Shown piece after piece: positions 1-10,412 of a DNA stretch of 64,000 bases. The DNA is taken from assembly GCA_040755995.1 (NCBI GenBank), contig JBFMAF010000040.1, positions 32,001 through 96,000 of the forward strand. Reading direction: 5' to 3'. The stretch's first letter is position 1, and each line of letters starts with the position of its first letter. The DNA is from Acidobacteriota bacterium. Lineage in GTDB: Bacteria > Acidobacteriota > CAIWXX01. The position numbers were made by a program, and so were the translations under genes. The notes beneath the pieces were generated by a model. That model was not told the origin of the DNA and made no database searches. It was given only the letters and a program-made list of their open reading frames with translations.

Positions 1-214
1 CCAATCGCTCTCCGGCGTTGAAGGCAGCGCCGTTCCTGTCGGCCGCCCCCTTGTCGAGATTCAGAACGGTGATCTGGTAGACCTTGGTTGCGCTGTCGAA
101 GTAGAAGTACATCAGGAAGACAAAGAACGGGGCTATCGAAAGGACGAGGATGAGCACCTTCCAGTCCCGGATGTTCTCCGTCACGCTCTTCCGGAACAGC
201 GCGAGCCACCTCAT
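1..214 (-). CDS. ABC-2 type transporter permease, N-terminal part (runs off window start)
   Basis: Hand translation from ATG at 214: MRWLALFRKSVTENIRDWKVLILVLSIAPFFVFLMYFYF..., typical ABC-2 permease start; ATGA overlap with the ATPase stop. Confidence 0.8.
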   Translation of the reverse strand, partial: MRWLALFRKSVTENIRDWKVLILVLSIAPFFVFLMYFYFDSATKVYQITVLNLDKGAADRNGAAFNAGERL

Positions 215-1161
215 TCTCGCAGCCTCCTCCCCGTCAACGCTATGAATACGTCTTCGAGCGTCTTCTTGCGAACGGCGTAGTCGACGACTTGGATCTCCGA
301 GCTCCTCAGTCTCTCCATCAAGAGCGGGAGCACCCGGAGCAGGTCCGTCCCGACAAGTCTCAGCGCTCCATTCTGACAGGTGACGCGCTTCACCTCTTCA
401 GCAAGCTCCGTGCGCAGCCATGCCACCAGTTCGGGCGCGTCTCGTGAAAGCTGAACCTCCAGGATGTCCCCTTCGCCGATGTGGTTCTTGAGGTTCTCGG
501 AAGTGTCCAGCACAAGCAGCTTCCCGTGGTCGATGATCGCAATCCGGTCGGCCAGACGATCGGCCTCGTCCATCTCGTGCGTCGTCAGGATGACGGTGGA
601 CTTCCGGGCCAGGCTCTTGATGAACTCGCGGACCAGTATGCGGCTCTGTGGATCCAACCCCGCCTGTGGCTCGTCCAGTATGAGGATCTCAGGCTCTTGA
701 ACGAGAGCGAGTGCGATGTTCAGCCGCCGCTTCATCCCACCCGAAAGGGTCTTTGCGAGGTGGTGTGCCCTCTCAGTCAGGCCGAGCCGGTCGAGCAGAT
801 CGCGCGATCTCCTGCGTGCCTCCCTGCGCGGAACGTCGTAGACGCAGCCGACGAACTCGATCTGCTCCTGGCACGTCAACGATTCCCAGATAACCAGCTC
901 CTGCGGGCAGAGGCCGATCATTCGCTTGTGGTCGCGGAAATCGCTCGCCACCCGCCGGCCGTTCAGGAGCACCTCTCCTGAGTCGATCTTGAGGAGGCCG
1001 CAAATCATGCTGATCGTGGTCGTCTTTCCCGCTCCATTCGGGCCGAGGAAGCCGAAGACCTCGCCGCGGAGGACGTCCAACGACAGGTCGTTGACGGCGA
1101 CCAGGCCGCCGTACGACTTGGTCAGGCCTCTCAGGCTGACTGCGACATCAGAGCCGGCCAT
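211..1161 (-). CDS. ABC transporter ATP-binding protein (DrrA/NodI-like)
   Basis: Walker A GPNGAGKTT, signature LSGGMKRR, Walker B ILILDEP, C-terminal TLEDVF; start chosen at ATG after GGAGA. Confidence 0.93.
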   Translation of the reverse strand: MAGSDVAVSLRGLTKSYGGLVAVNDLSLDVLRGEVFGFLGPNGAGKTTTISMICGLLKIDSGEVLLNGRRVASDFRDHKRMIGLCPQELVIWESLTCQEQIEFVGCVYDVPRREARRRSRDLLDRLGLTERAHHLAKTLSGGMKRRLNIALALVQEPEILILDEPQAGLDPQSRILVREFIKSLARKSTVILTTHEMDEADRLADRIAIIDHGKLLVLDTSENLKNHIGEGDILEVQLSRDAPELVAWLRTELAEEVKRVTCQNGALRLVGTDLLRVLPLLMERLRSSEIQVVDYAVRKKTLEDVFIALTGRRLRE

Positions 1162-1239
1162 CCACATTCTCCGGGCTGCATCGACGAAGTCTGGTGTCCA
1201 CTGAACCATCGCAGCCGTCCCTGCGCCCCCAAGCCGAAT

Positions 1240-1350
1240 TCACTGATCGCATCGGACTTGGGCATGCCACGCTGCTCACATATCTCCCGGACTCGCTTCC
1301 CAACCTGCCATCCGTTCATGCCCGGCATCCCGAGGTCGGCTTCGCCCATG
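1240..1350 (-). pseudogene. Receiver-domain remnant
   Basis: ADLGMPGMNGWQVGKRVREI is a REC D-x-x-MP-x-x-x-G segment without flanking REC sequence. Confidence 0.55.
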
Positions 1351-1399
1351 CCCTGCAGGACGATCTGATGGATTTGACTGTGGTCCATGATAAGCCCCC

Positions 1400-2050
1400 T
1401 CATCGCGAGAGGATTGCCCGAACTGGTGATGCCTCGCAGCCTTTGATTCTCAACGGAAGGCACAGAAGGGTGTACCGGCCCGGAGAGACCGCACCCAGGT
1501 CGATTCCTTCCAGGATAAGAACGTCTCTTCCCAGGAGCCTGCGATGGGTTGGGAAGGCCTGGTCACCGTACTGTTCGATGGTGATGTAATCGATGCCCAC
1601 CAGGCGGACGCCTTTCGTCGCACATACATCGGCGGCTTCAGGCGAGAGATACACGAACTGCTCGGAAAAGACTGCTGATCGCGAGCGGCCTTGCCGAGAG
1701 TTCTCAGTCTTGAACAGGAGGGCACCGCCCGGCTCGATCTGCAGGCGTTCCAATTCGGCGGGTCGTATCACTCTCTTGTCTTCGATCTCGACAACCTCGG
1801 CCGGAAGGATAAACTCCGATACTGAGAACTGGTCGATGGTCTTTCCGCCCGCAATGAAGTGAGCCGGTGAATCCAGATGAGTCCCGGAATGCGCGCTCAT
1901 AGTGAGCCTGGACAGATCATATAGGCCACCCTCTCGTAGGGTCCAAACGAGATCTCTAGAGAACGGCGTGTCTCCCGGGTAGTCTATGGAATCCCCACCC
2001 AGGGTGACGCTGATGTCGTAGACAAGATGAGAAATTCTCATCGGGCCCAT
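1400..2050 (-). CDS. Cyclase family protein (kynurenine formamidase-like)
   Basis: HSGTHLDSPAHF motif, VGID, C-terminal EASPVRA; GGAGG RBS before ATG 2050. Confidence 0.9.
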   Translation of the reverse strand: MGPMRISHLVYDISVTLGGDSIDYPGDTPFSRDLVWTLREGGLYDLSRLTMSAHSGTHLDSPAHFIAGGKTIDQFSVSEFILPAEVVEIEDKRVIRPAELERLQIEPGGALLFKTENSRQGRSRSAVFSEQFVYLSPEAADVCATKGVRLVGIDYITIEQYGDQAFPTHRRLLGRDVLILEGIDLGAVSPGRYTLLCLPLRIKGCEASPVRAILSR

Positions 2051-2378
2051 GCCTCCTGAGAAGGTCCCTGCAATGACGAGCCGTTCCATTCTTGCAGATC
2101 GGGCCGCAGATATCAACTTCACCGCGCCATCGGGCGCTTAGCGAATCTGCAGGAGGGCTTGGTCGCCGCTCCCAAGTCGTACCCCTACCCCTTCTCGTGC
2201 ACGTTCCCGACGCATCCTACCCGGGTACGCGAACGGATACGGGTACCGGCACGGTCCATGGGCACGAGCCGCGGCCCCGCGGCCCAGGCGTCCTTGTCAC
2301 GATCCGTCTGGGCGTGGTAGCATTGTTTTCCACTGGATGCCGATGAGCTGACCAAGAGATCAGGCAGATGGAGGACTC

Positions 2379-3869
2379 CTGCTAAGTGTCTTCAGGGACT
2401 GGCGGATACGGACGCTGCTGCCGGTAGTGCTGATCCACGCGACCGCTTTCGTGGTCCTGTACCTGGCGGTATACCGGATAGCGGTTGGTGAGATTCTCAG
2501 GACGCACAAGGTCGGAGCTGCGATTCTACTTGATGAGGTGGAGTTTGTGCTCGGCAGCTACATGCAGGCACACGATGCCTCCACCGTTCGCGCCACGATC
2601 AAGGAACAGTCTCGCACCAAGCACGCCATGACGCTCCATCTTTTCGATCCGCGCGGCCTACTGGTGGCTTCGAACGATGGCGCCGCCACGGAGGCGGACA
2701 CGTCGGAGTACCGGAAGGCACTCGATGCCGCCGCACCAGGGGGAACAGCATGGTCGACGCGCGAGGACGGCGGATACAGGTTGTACGGGACCAGACTGAT
2801 CGCCAACAGCCCTCAGTGCTTCGGATGTCATGATCCGCGTTGGAAGTCCACGGGCACCATCCAGATGGCTCTCGACCTGACCCCCTACATGGACGACGCC
2901 AGGGGCCGTCTCCGATTGCACCTCGGGATACTGGCGGCAGTGTGGATCGGACTCCTTCTCGTCATGACACGAGTGAAGGACAAGGTGATCGGGCAGCCTA
3001 TCGCGCGGATAAAGCGCACCATTGCCGACGCGGGCCTCGACACTCGACCAGCCGGCGACAAGGACCTGGACGCACTGGCGTCGAATCTGCACGAGGCGCT
3101 GTGGGAGCTCATCGAGAAGCAACGCCGTCGAGAACAGAGCATCACGACGAAGATGGCGCGCGCCGAGCAGCTGGCAGCTCTAGGCGAGCTGGCCGCCGGG
3201 CTCACGCACGAGATCAAGAACCCGCTGGCAGGCATCGCCGCAGCAGTCGAGGTCCTTCGGAGCGAGCTGCCGGCCGAACAGACTCGGGTTCGCCAGATTC
3301 ACGATGAGATCCTCCGGGAAGTAGCCAGAGTGAGCGCGACGCTGGACGGACTCTTGAGCGTCGCACGGCCGCGCCCGCCGCAGCGGAAAGAAGTGGATCT
3401 CGGCTCGATCGTGCGGGACGTCGTGGTGCTCGTCGACCCGCGGTTGCGCGGACGCGGAATCAAACTCGATGTCGAAGCGGCCTCGGTCATGCCCAAACTT
3501 TCGCTCGATCCGGGTCTGATCACACAGCTCCTGCTCAACCTGCTCAACAACAGCATACAGGCACTTCCTTCGGGTGGACGGATCGCCGTTCTTCTGTCGC
3601 CGTTCCCGAAAAACGACGGCGTCGTCCTCGTCGTGGCTGACACCGGTCAGGGAATCGAGGCCCAGCACCTCGAGAGGATCTTTGAGCCGTTCTTCACGAC
3701 GAAGGAGCACGGGACGGGACTGGGACTGACCATTTGCCGGCAGATCGTGGAACAGCACGGTGGTACGATCTCGGTGGAAAGCGAACGCGGAAAAGGCACG
3801 AAGGTTGTGATCCTTCTGCCGATGAGCGCGAAAGGTTCTGGCAGCGATGGCCCTGATACTGCTCGTTGA
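2379..3869 (+). CDS. Membrane sensor histidine kinase with extracytoplasmic CxxCH motif
   Basis: Two TM segments, CFGCH, H-box HEIKNPL, DTGQG, FFTTK, GTGLGL; start uncertain (CTG 2379 after GGAGG, or GTG 2427). Confidence 0.9.
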   Translation: MLSVFRDWRIRTLLPVVLIHATAFVVLYLAVYRIAVGEILRTHKVGAAILLDEVEFVLGSYMQAHDASTVRATIKEQSRTKHAMTLHLFDPRGLLVASNDGAATEADTSEYRKALDAAAPGGTAWSTREDGGYRLYGTRLIANSPQCFGCHDPRWKSTGTIQMALDLTPYMDDARGRLRLHLGILAAVWIGLLLVMTRVKDKVIGQPIARIKRTIADAGLDTRPAGDKDLDALASNLHEALWELIEKQRRREQSITTKMARAEQLAALGELAAGLTHEIKNPLAGIAAAVEVLRSELPAEQTRVRQIHDEILREVARVSATLDGLLSVARPRPPQRKEVDLGSIVRDVVVLVDPRLRGRGIKLDVEAASVMPKLSLDPGLITQLLLNLLNNSIQALPSGGRIAVLLSPFPKNDGVVLVVADTGQGIEAQHLERIFEPFFTTKEHGTGLGLTICRQIVEQHGGTISVESERGKGTKVVILLPMSAKGSGSDGPDTAR

Positions 3870-5229
3870 AGACGAGAACCTTCTGCGCTGGGCGCTGCGC
3901 AGAAAGCTCGAACAGCGCGGGCACGTGGTGCACGAGGCCGCGGACCTGGCAGAGGCGCACTTCCACGTAACGCAACATCGCCCCGAAGTAATCATCCTCG
4001 ACGTCAACCTTCCCGACGGCAACGGGCTCGACTTCCTAGCCTCACACCAGGACTCGATCACCGAGAGCATGGTGCTCGTCATCACGGCGGTCGGACAGGT
4101 CGAGGATGCTGTGCGGGCGATGAAGATGGGGGTGATCGACTTCCTATCGAAGCCCGTCGACCACGAACAGCTTGTGGCCGCGATCGAGCACGCCGTGGCG
4201 CGGCAGCGGGAGCGGAGCGAGGCCGAGGGGTTCCGTCGCGCGCGTGAGGGGCTTACTCGTGTCAAGATCATCGCCGCCTCACCGGCGATGCGCGACGTCC
4301 TCACGCTCGCTACAGGTGTGGCCGCTTCCACCGCGACGACGATCCTCATCGAGAGCGAGACCGGCACAGGCAAGGAGATTCTCGCCCGCCACGTCCACGC
4401 CAACTCGCCTCGCGCGGACGCTCCTTTCCTGGCGCTGAACTGTGCCGCCCTGCCCGAGCACCTCGTCGAAAGCGAGCTCTTCGGCCACGAAAAGGGAGCG
4501 TTCACGGACGCCAAGGCGACCAGGAAAGGGATCTTCGAGCTGGCCAACAGCGGCACAGTGGTGCTCGACGAAATCGGCGACCTGCCGATTGTGCTTCAGG
4601 CCAAGCTATTGCGATTCCTCGAGGATTGGACGTTCCGCCGGATCGGAGGCTCGCGCGAAATCATGGTGGACGTGCGCGTGGTCGCTCTGACGAACCGGAG
4701 CCTTGATGAGCTCGTCGCCGCCGGTGAGTTCCGTCGCGATCTGCTTTACAGGCTCAATGTCTTCCCGATCACCATCCCGCCGCTTCGCGATCGTCGAGAG
4801 GATATCGAACCGCTGGCCCTGCATTTCGTCCAGCTCTTCAACGAGAGACTGAAGAAGAACGTGCAGGGGCTGACCTCCGCGGCTCTTGGCAAGCTGATCG
4901 CCTACCCGTGGCCGGGAAACGTTCGAGAGCTGCGGAACGCGATCGAGCGGGCGGTGATCCTCGAACGGGGCACCAGCCTCGACGCCGCTGCGTTTCCTCT
5001 GGATTTCGTCGAGCAGGCGCAGCGCGCCTCCAGCCTGCCTGCCAGCTTCCCGGACGGAATGGGACTCGACGAGGTCGAACGATTGGCGCTCCAACGCGCG
5101 TTGGACGCGTGTAACTGGAATCAGAGCCACGCGGCTCGTCTCTTGAAGATCTCGCGCGACCGGCTCCGGTACAAGATGAAGAAGCACGGCCTGGCTGGAC
5201 ATGACGGAGTGGGAGCCCTCAGCGAGTGA
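3847..5229 (+). CDS. Sigma-54-dependent response regulator (NtrC/AtoC family)
   Basis: REC, ETGTGKE, ESELFGHEKGAFTDA, WPGNVRELRN, Fis HTH. Confidence 0.95.
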   Translation: MALILLVEDENLLRWALRRKLEQRGHVVHEAADLAEAHFHVTQHRPEVIILDVNLPDGNGLDFLASHQDSITESMVLVITAVGQVEDAVRAMKMGVIDFLSKPVDHEQLVAAIEHAVARQRERSEAEGFRRAREGLTRVKIIAASPAMRDVLTLATGVAASTATTILIESETGTGKEILARHVHANSPRADAPFLALNCAALPEHLVESELFGHEKGAFTDAKATRKGIFELANSGTVVLDEIGDLPIVLQAKLLRFLEDWTFRRIGGSREIMVDVRVVALTNRSLDELVAAGEFRRDLLYRLNVFPITIPPLRDRREDIEPLALHFVQLFNERLKKNVQGLTSAALGKLIAYPWPGNVRELRNAIERAVILERGTSLDAAAFPLDFVEQAQRASSLPASFPDGMGLDEVERLALQRALDACNWNQSHAARLLKISRDRLRYKMKKHGLAGHDGVGALSE

Positions 5230-5362
5230 TCCGAGGCCTCACATAGTGCGAGGCCGGCCTGACGGCTTCCGCTGTTTCGAGTGCCGGCGCGATGCCTCGC
5301 GCGAAGCGGAGCCCCCGTAGGGCCAATTCGTACGCGGACTTTTCAGGCCGTCGCCTCGGCCC

Positions 5363-7309
5363 TCACTTGAGAATGAACCTCACAGTGTTGCTGGATACTC
5401 CGCCGACCCTCGCGTACACATCTACGGTCGTGTGGCTCTTCAGCCGCCGCGGTATCGTGATCCAGATGCACGCAGGCGAGACCTTCTTGATCTTCGCGCT
5501 GCGCCCGCCGAAGACAACCGCCACGGACCTCTTGTCCGAGCCGAAGCCGCTCCCGATAACCTTGGCAGCGCTGCCAGGTTTGCCAGACCTGCTCTTGACG
5601 GTGGAGATGAATGGCGCCGAGCCCGTGGGGATGACCGTAACGAGGACGTCGTCGGTGTCTGAGAGCCTGCCGTCGCTGACGGTCAGGCGGAAGAGCAGAG
5701 ACGCCGCTGTGGACGGAGCCGCGAAGGTGGGGTCGCTCGTCGTGGCTCCGCTCAGCACCACAGCCGTTCCGCTAATCTGCTGCCACCCGTAGGTGATGCC
5801 GTCGCCGTCAGGGTCGCGGCTGCCCGAGCCGTCCAGGAGCACATCGGATGCCGCCGGCACGGTCTGATCTTCTCCCGCATCCGCCGCAGGTCGCCGGTTC
5901 TCTCCGCTGGAGATGGGAATCGGATTTCGGTAGTACTCCGCAGCAGCCATCCGCAGGTAGCCGCCGTCGTCATCTACAACCGTGCTCGCACGATCGTTGC
6001 AGATCTGGCCGGTCGACACGCCGTCGCTAGTGCATACAGCGGCCGGGTTTGTCGTGCCGTCGCCTTCTCCGTCCCACTGCACAGTGCTCCCGGTGTTGCC
6101 GCATCCGAATTGCAGGCCTATGATCCCGACGTCGATCAGTTCCTGGACATGCCCGAAGAAATACTCGGCACGATTGTCCTGGTAGTGACCCCATGTGTTG
6201 TTCATCGACCGGAAATACTGGTTCCCGATCGGGACTTGCCAGACGATCACCGGCTTCGCGGTCGTTTCCACGAATCCGCGCACGTAGGCTTCCCAGCGAT
6301 GGAAGTTCGGCAGAACCGCGTTGTACCGGTCCCAGAAGGCGTCCTGCCTTCCGTACACGTACTTGTAGAAGCCGGCGTCGCGATCGGCGACGTCGTTGAA
6401 GACGAGGTCGTACCGCGTCGTGCCGCTGCCGACGCGCGCTACACCGCACAGGTTCGCGAACTGCCCGGCCTGGCGGCCGAGGGCCGCGACGTCGAGGCCC
6501 GGGTCGGTCGATGAACCCACGTCCCAACGCGTGGCCCAGTTGCTCAGGTGGAAGGCCATGAGGACGTTGGGCGCGTAGAGGTCGCGAATGTGGAGTAGCG
6601 CGAGATTGAACCCGGCGAATGTATTCGGAAAGCCGGCCACATCAACGACACCCGAGCTCGCGACCGCGGCCCTCAGCAGCGACGGGTCGTTTCCCTGCCC
6701 GTCGCAGAACCCGTAGCAGGAGCCGCTCGGGTCGAGCACGGCATGCTGCGCATATCCGGCCAGATCTCCCTCGATGTGAACGATCGCAGTCCGCCCGAAC
6801 CCTTGCACCCCGTTGTGGGTGCCGGGTCCCAGTCGCTTCATCAACAGAATGAAGTCCTCGAAATACGCGCGCATGACCGTCGGCGAATTCAGATTGGCCA
6901 GGTCGCGCCGCGATTCCGCGCAGGAGTCGCATGGACCGGAGCTCTGCAGGAGCTGGTAGTACGGAAAGGTCGGAATGTAGCCGCGCGCCGCGCACCCCTG
7001 TGCATAGTACAGAGGGAACATCGCATTCGAATTCCACGTTGCCCAGCCCGATCCTGTGTTCGCTCCGCCGCACAGGTACTGATAAGCGTAGTCCCACGGG
7101 ACGCCCGTCGCGGGCATCCAGCCGTAGATGCCGGTGTCGTCCGGATGAGCCGCGAGGCCGACGGCGAAGTGATCCGGCAGCCCCGCAGGGACATCCGCAG
7201 CCTGCGCAGATCCGAGAGGGCAAGAGCACCATAGAGCCGCGAGGAGCGCCGGCCGGCCGAGCAGGCGATTGATGAGGAGAAATCGCGGCGAATGTGAGCA
7301 GATTCTCAT
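5363..7309 (-). CDS. Secreted glycoside hydrolase-like protein with PKD/REJ-like and C-terminal IPT/TIG domains
   Basis: Signal peptide ending AQA, aromatic-rich catalytic-like region, PAADAGEDQTV..LDGSGSRDPDGD PKD motif, IPT-like tail; catalytic family not assigned. Confidence 0.7.
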   Translation of the reverse strand: MRICSHSPRFLLINRLLGRPALLAALWCSCPLGSAQAADVPAGLPDHFAVGLAAHPDDTGIYGWMPATGVPWDYAYQYLCGGANTGSGWATWNSNAMFPLYYAQGCAARGYIPTFPYYQLLQSSGPCDSCAESRRDLANLNSPTVMRAYFEDFILLMKRLGPGTHNGVQGFGRTAIVHIEGDLAGYAQHAVLDPSGSCYGFCDGQGNDPSLLRAAVASSGVVDVAGFPNTFAGFNLALLHIRDLYAPNVLMAFHLSNWATRWDVGSSTDPGLDVAALGRQAGQFANLCGVARVGSGTTRYDLVFNDVADRDAGFYKYVYGRQDAFWDRYNAVLPNFHRWEAYVRGFVETTAKPVIVWQVPIGNQYFRSMNNTWGHYQDNRAEYFFGHVQELIDVGIIGLQFGCGNTGSTVQWDGEGDGTTNPAAVCTSDGVSTGQICNDRASTVVDDDGGYLRMAAAEYYRNPIPISSGENRRPAADAGEDQTVPAASDVLLDGSGSRDPDGDGITYGWQQISGTAVVLSGATTSDPTFAAPSTAASLLFRLTVSDGRLSDTDDVLVTVIPTGSAPFISTVKSRSGKPGSAAKVIGSGFGSDKRSVAVVFGGRSAKIKKVSPACIWITIPRRLKSHTTVDVYARVGGVSSNTVRFILK

Positions 7310-7540
7310 CGCGTCCACGAGTCGACGATTCGGTGTAATGTCGCAACGTATCACAACTGTGCGGCTCCGCATGTGATCCCCGTCACACTGAGGTGGTCTC
7401 GCCAGACTCCGCGATCCTGCCAGCTTCCGGCGCTGGCGCGTGCGCATTAGCTGGCGCCTAGACCGGGCAGCGCCCATGTCGCGATGGTGCAGGGAGACAC
7501 CCGCAGCTCAGCCGGGCGGTGAATGTGAGCGCCCGCACGC

Positions 7541-8899
7541 TCAGGCTTCGGCGCTCTTCCCGAACTCCCCCTCCCATCGCGCCACCACCACCGTGGCAAG
7601 GCAGTTGCCGATGACGTTGGTCGATGTGCGTGCCATGTCCATGAGCTCGTCGATGCCCAGGATGATGAAGATCGGCTCGATCGGAAGGTTGAAGGAGGAG
7701 GCAGTGCCGAGCAGGATCACGAGCGCCGCACGCGGCACTCCGGCCACACCCTTGCTGGTCAACATCAGCGTGAAGACTATCAGAAGCTGGTGGCCGACAC
7801 TCAGATGAATGTTTGCTGACTGGGCGACGAAGATGGTGGCGAGCGATAGATAGAGCGTGGTGCCGTCGAGGTTGAAGCTGTAGCCGGTGGGCATGACGAA
7901 CGCAACGATCTTGCGCGGCACGCCGATGGATTCCATGGCCTCCATGGCGCGCGGAAGTGCCGCCTCGGAGCTCGTGGTGGCGAACGCGATCGAGACCGGC
8001 TCGGCTATGGCCAGCACGAATCGTTTGACCGGAGCCCGCACGATGAGCGCAACCGGGAGGAGCACCACCAGGATGAAGAGGATGAGCGAAGCGTAGAACG
8101 TCGCGAGCAGCTTGAAGAGGTTCAGGAGGATGCCCAGCCCCATGTGACCGACTGTGTACGCGATCGCGGCACCGACGCCGATGGGCGCGAACAGCATGAC
8201 GATGTTCGTGAATTTGAACATCACCTCGGCGAGTCCCTCGGCGAACTTCACCATGGGCCGGCGGCGGCCCTCCGGCAGCATCGCCAGCGCCACACCGAAC
8301 AGGAGCGAGAAGACGACGACCTGCAGCACCTGCCCCTCCGCGATCGCCTTGGCGATGTTCTCGGGAAAGATGTGCGTGATGATTTCCGTCGGCGTCTGCT
8401 TGACCACCTCGAGCTTCTCCGATGGAGCGGGAGGCGGCAGGTTGATCCCCTGGCCGGCCTTGGAGATGTTGATGGCACCGAGGCCGATGAAAAGCGCGAT
8501 CGTGGTGACGATCTCGAAGTAGACGAGCGCCTTGAGGCCCATCCGTCCGACCTGCTTGAGATCAGAGTGTCCGGCGATTCCTACTACAAGCGTAGAGAAG
8601 AGCAGTGGAGCGATGATCGTCTTTATCATCCGCAGGAAAACGAGCGAGAAGACCCGCAGGTTCACCGCCACATGCGGCCAGTCGTGACCAATCTCCGCCC
8701 CAACGGCCATGCTCACGAGAATCCACGTCGTCAAGGACCTTCGGTGATAGGCGTAGACGACCAGCGCTGCAATCGATGCCCATCGCGACAGGGCGAGCAC
8801 TACTGCCGGGACCCTCGCGACTTCGAGCGAGGCGACGGTGGTCAGGATCGCTGCGAGGCCGAGCAGCCCGAGGAACGCGAGTGCTGCACGGCTCTTCAT
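7541..8899 (-). CDS. Dicarboxylate/amino acid:cation symporter (GltP/DctA family)
   Basis: FATTSSEAALP, GYSFNLDGTTLY, TSKGVAGVP, DMARTSTNVIGN motifs. Confidence 0.95.
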   Translation of the reverse strand: MKSRAALAFLGLLGLAAILTTVASLEVARVPAVVLALSRWASIAALVVYAYHRRSLTTWILVSMAVGAEIGHDWPHVAVNLRVFSLVFLRMIKTIIAPLLFSTLVVGIAGHSDLKQVGRMGLKALVYFEIVTTIALFIGLGAINISKAGQGINLPPPAPSEKLEVVKQTPTEIITHIFPENIAKAIAEGQVLQVVVFSLLFGVALAMLPEGRRRPMVKFAEGLAEVMFKFTNIVMLFAPIGVGAAIAYTVGHMGLGILLNLFKLLATFYASLILFILVVLLPVALIVRAPVKRFVLAIAEPVSIAFATTSSEAALPRAMEAMESIGVPRKIVAFVMPTGYSFNLDGTTLYLSLATIFVAQSANIHLSVGHQLLIVFTLMLTSKGVAGVPRAALVILLGTASSFNLPIEPIFIILGIDELMDMARTSTNVIGNCLATVVVARWEGEFGKSAEA

Positions 8900-9189
8900 T
8901 TGCTCGGCCGGCGAAGAGGGAATGCGGGCGCACGGTCGCGTGCGACCCCGGCCGCAGAGGTAATCGCCGGCGCACGAGCCACACCCATGAGTCGGAAGCA
9001 TACTCGCGCACGGCTGGAGCGGTCAAGACCGAGTCGAGACTGACTGGTGGCACGGCCTATCTCGCAGCGTGAGTCTTGGTGCATGTCCGTCACTTCCCGG
9101 CGCGGCGACTTGTGTCCGGTCGGGCGCCTGGCTTATGGTATTCATCGGAGACGGCGGATCTGTCCGCCAAATCATAAGGAGGGGAGACG

Positions 9190-10305
9190 ATGAGAGTGGC
9201 TGTACTCGGCGCGGGTCACGGCGGGCAGGCGATCGCTGCGGACCTCACGCTTGGAGGACACGAGGTCAGGCTGGCCGCTGTCCCAGAGCACTCGACGGGC
9301 CTGCGGCTCTTGCAGGCGTTTGGGGGCATTGTGCTCGAAGGTGTCTCATCGAGCGGCGCACAGCCCGGGTTCGCCAGGCCGGCGATGCTCACCACCGACG
9401 TGGCGGCGGCGATCAAGGGCGCAGATGTGCTCATGATCGTCGTTCCCGCCTTCGCGCAGGACGTCTACATGAGGCTGATCGTCGAACACGGTGAGAGGGG
9501 ACAGATCGTCGTATTCAATCCCGGCAAGTTCGGGTCGCTCGCGTTCGTCAAGATGCTGAAGGACGCGGGCCGTGAAGGCGAGTTCGTGGTAGGGGAGACA
9601 AGCTCCCTCATCTATGCCGCCAAGACCAAGGGGCTGGGCCATGTGAACATCAAGGCGGTGAAGAAGGAGCTGCCGTTCGCGGCGCTGCCTTCGGTGCGGA
9701 CGGCGGAGGCGCTGATGACACTGATGGATCTTTATCCACAGCTCACGCCGGCTTACAACGTCTTGCAGACGAGTGTGGATGCGCCGGGGCTCATCATTCA
9801 TCCGATCTCGACGCTCATGAACATGAGCCGGATCGAACAGATCGGACCGTATCGGAATTCCCACTACGACATCACGCCCTCGGTGGCGCGCGTGATGGAG
9901 TCGGTCGACTCGGAGCGCATGACTATCGCCCGGGCCCTCTGCTACGAGACGTTCTCCTTCATGGAGACGATGCAGATCATGTACAAGGTCAGGGGAGAGA
10001 GCGTCTATGACACAATGTACCAGATCAGCGCGCACAACGTGCAGATGGCGCCGGAAAACCTGCAGCATCGGTACGTGACGGAGGACATACCTTTCGGGCT
10101 GGTCACCCTGGCGTCGCTGGGGCGCATGTTGGGAATCGCGACACCCTGCATGAACGCCGTCGTGCAGATCGCATGCATGGCCAACGGTGTGGACTACTGG
10201 AGCACCGGCCGCACCGTGGAGAGTCTCGGCATCAGGCACATGTCCCGGCGCGAGCTGGTCGCCTACGCCGTCGTGGGAGCTCAGGCCGGGAGAGGGGCCT
10301 CCTAG
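9190..10305 (+). CDS. NAD(P)-dependent opine (octopine/nopaline) dehydrogenase family protein
   Basis: GAGHGG Rossmann motif, IHP, HRYVTEDIPFGL, GRTVESLG motifs. Confidence 0.9.
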   Translation: MRVAVLGAGHGGQAIAADLTLGGHEVRLAAVPEHSTGLRLLQAFGGIVLEGVSSSGAQPGFARPAMLTTDVAAAIKGADVLMIVVPAFAQDVYMRLIVEHGERGQIVVFNPGKFGSLAFVKMLKDAGREGEFVVGETSSLIYAAKTKGLGHVNIKAVKKELPFAALPSVRTAEALMTLMDLYPQLTPAYNVLQTSVDAPGLIIHPISTLMNMSRIEQIGPYRNSHYDITPSVARVMESVDSERMTIARALCYETFSFMETMQIMYKVRGESVYDTMYQISAHNVQMAPENLQHRYVTEDIPFGLVTLASLGRMLGIATPCMNAVVQIACMANGVDYWSTGRTVESLGIRHMSRRELVAYAVVGAQAGRGAS

Positions 10306-10412
10306 AGCAGTGAGTCGCGCTGGTCCGACTAGGAGCAATCACGTGGGCGCCTGTACGCTCTGCTGGGGTCGATAGCGCAGTTCAAGATCGCCCGTGCGGG
10401 CATTCGGCAAGC

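Noticed and set aside
3180..4556. Long antisense ORFs (also 33411-34814, 55316-56704, 27825-28994)
   Set aside because: Shadow frames of well-supported genes in GC-rich DNA
9046..9068. Sigma-54 promoter TGGCAC upstream of the opine dehydrogenase
   Set aside because: No GC at the required GG-N10-GC spacing
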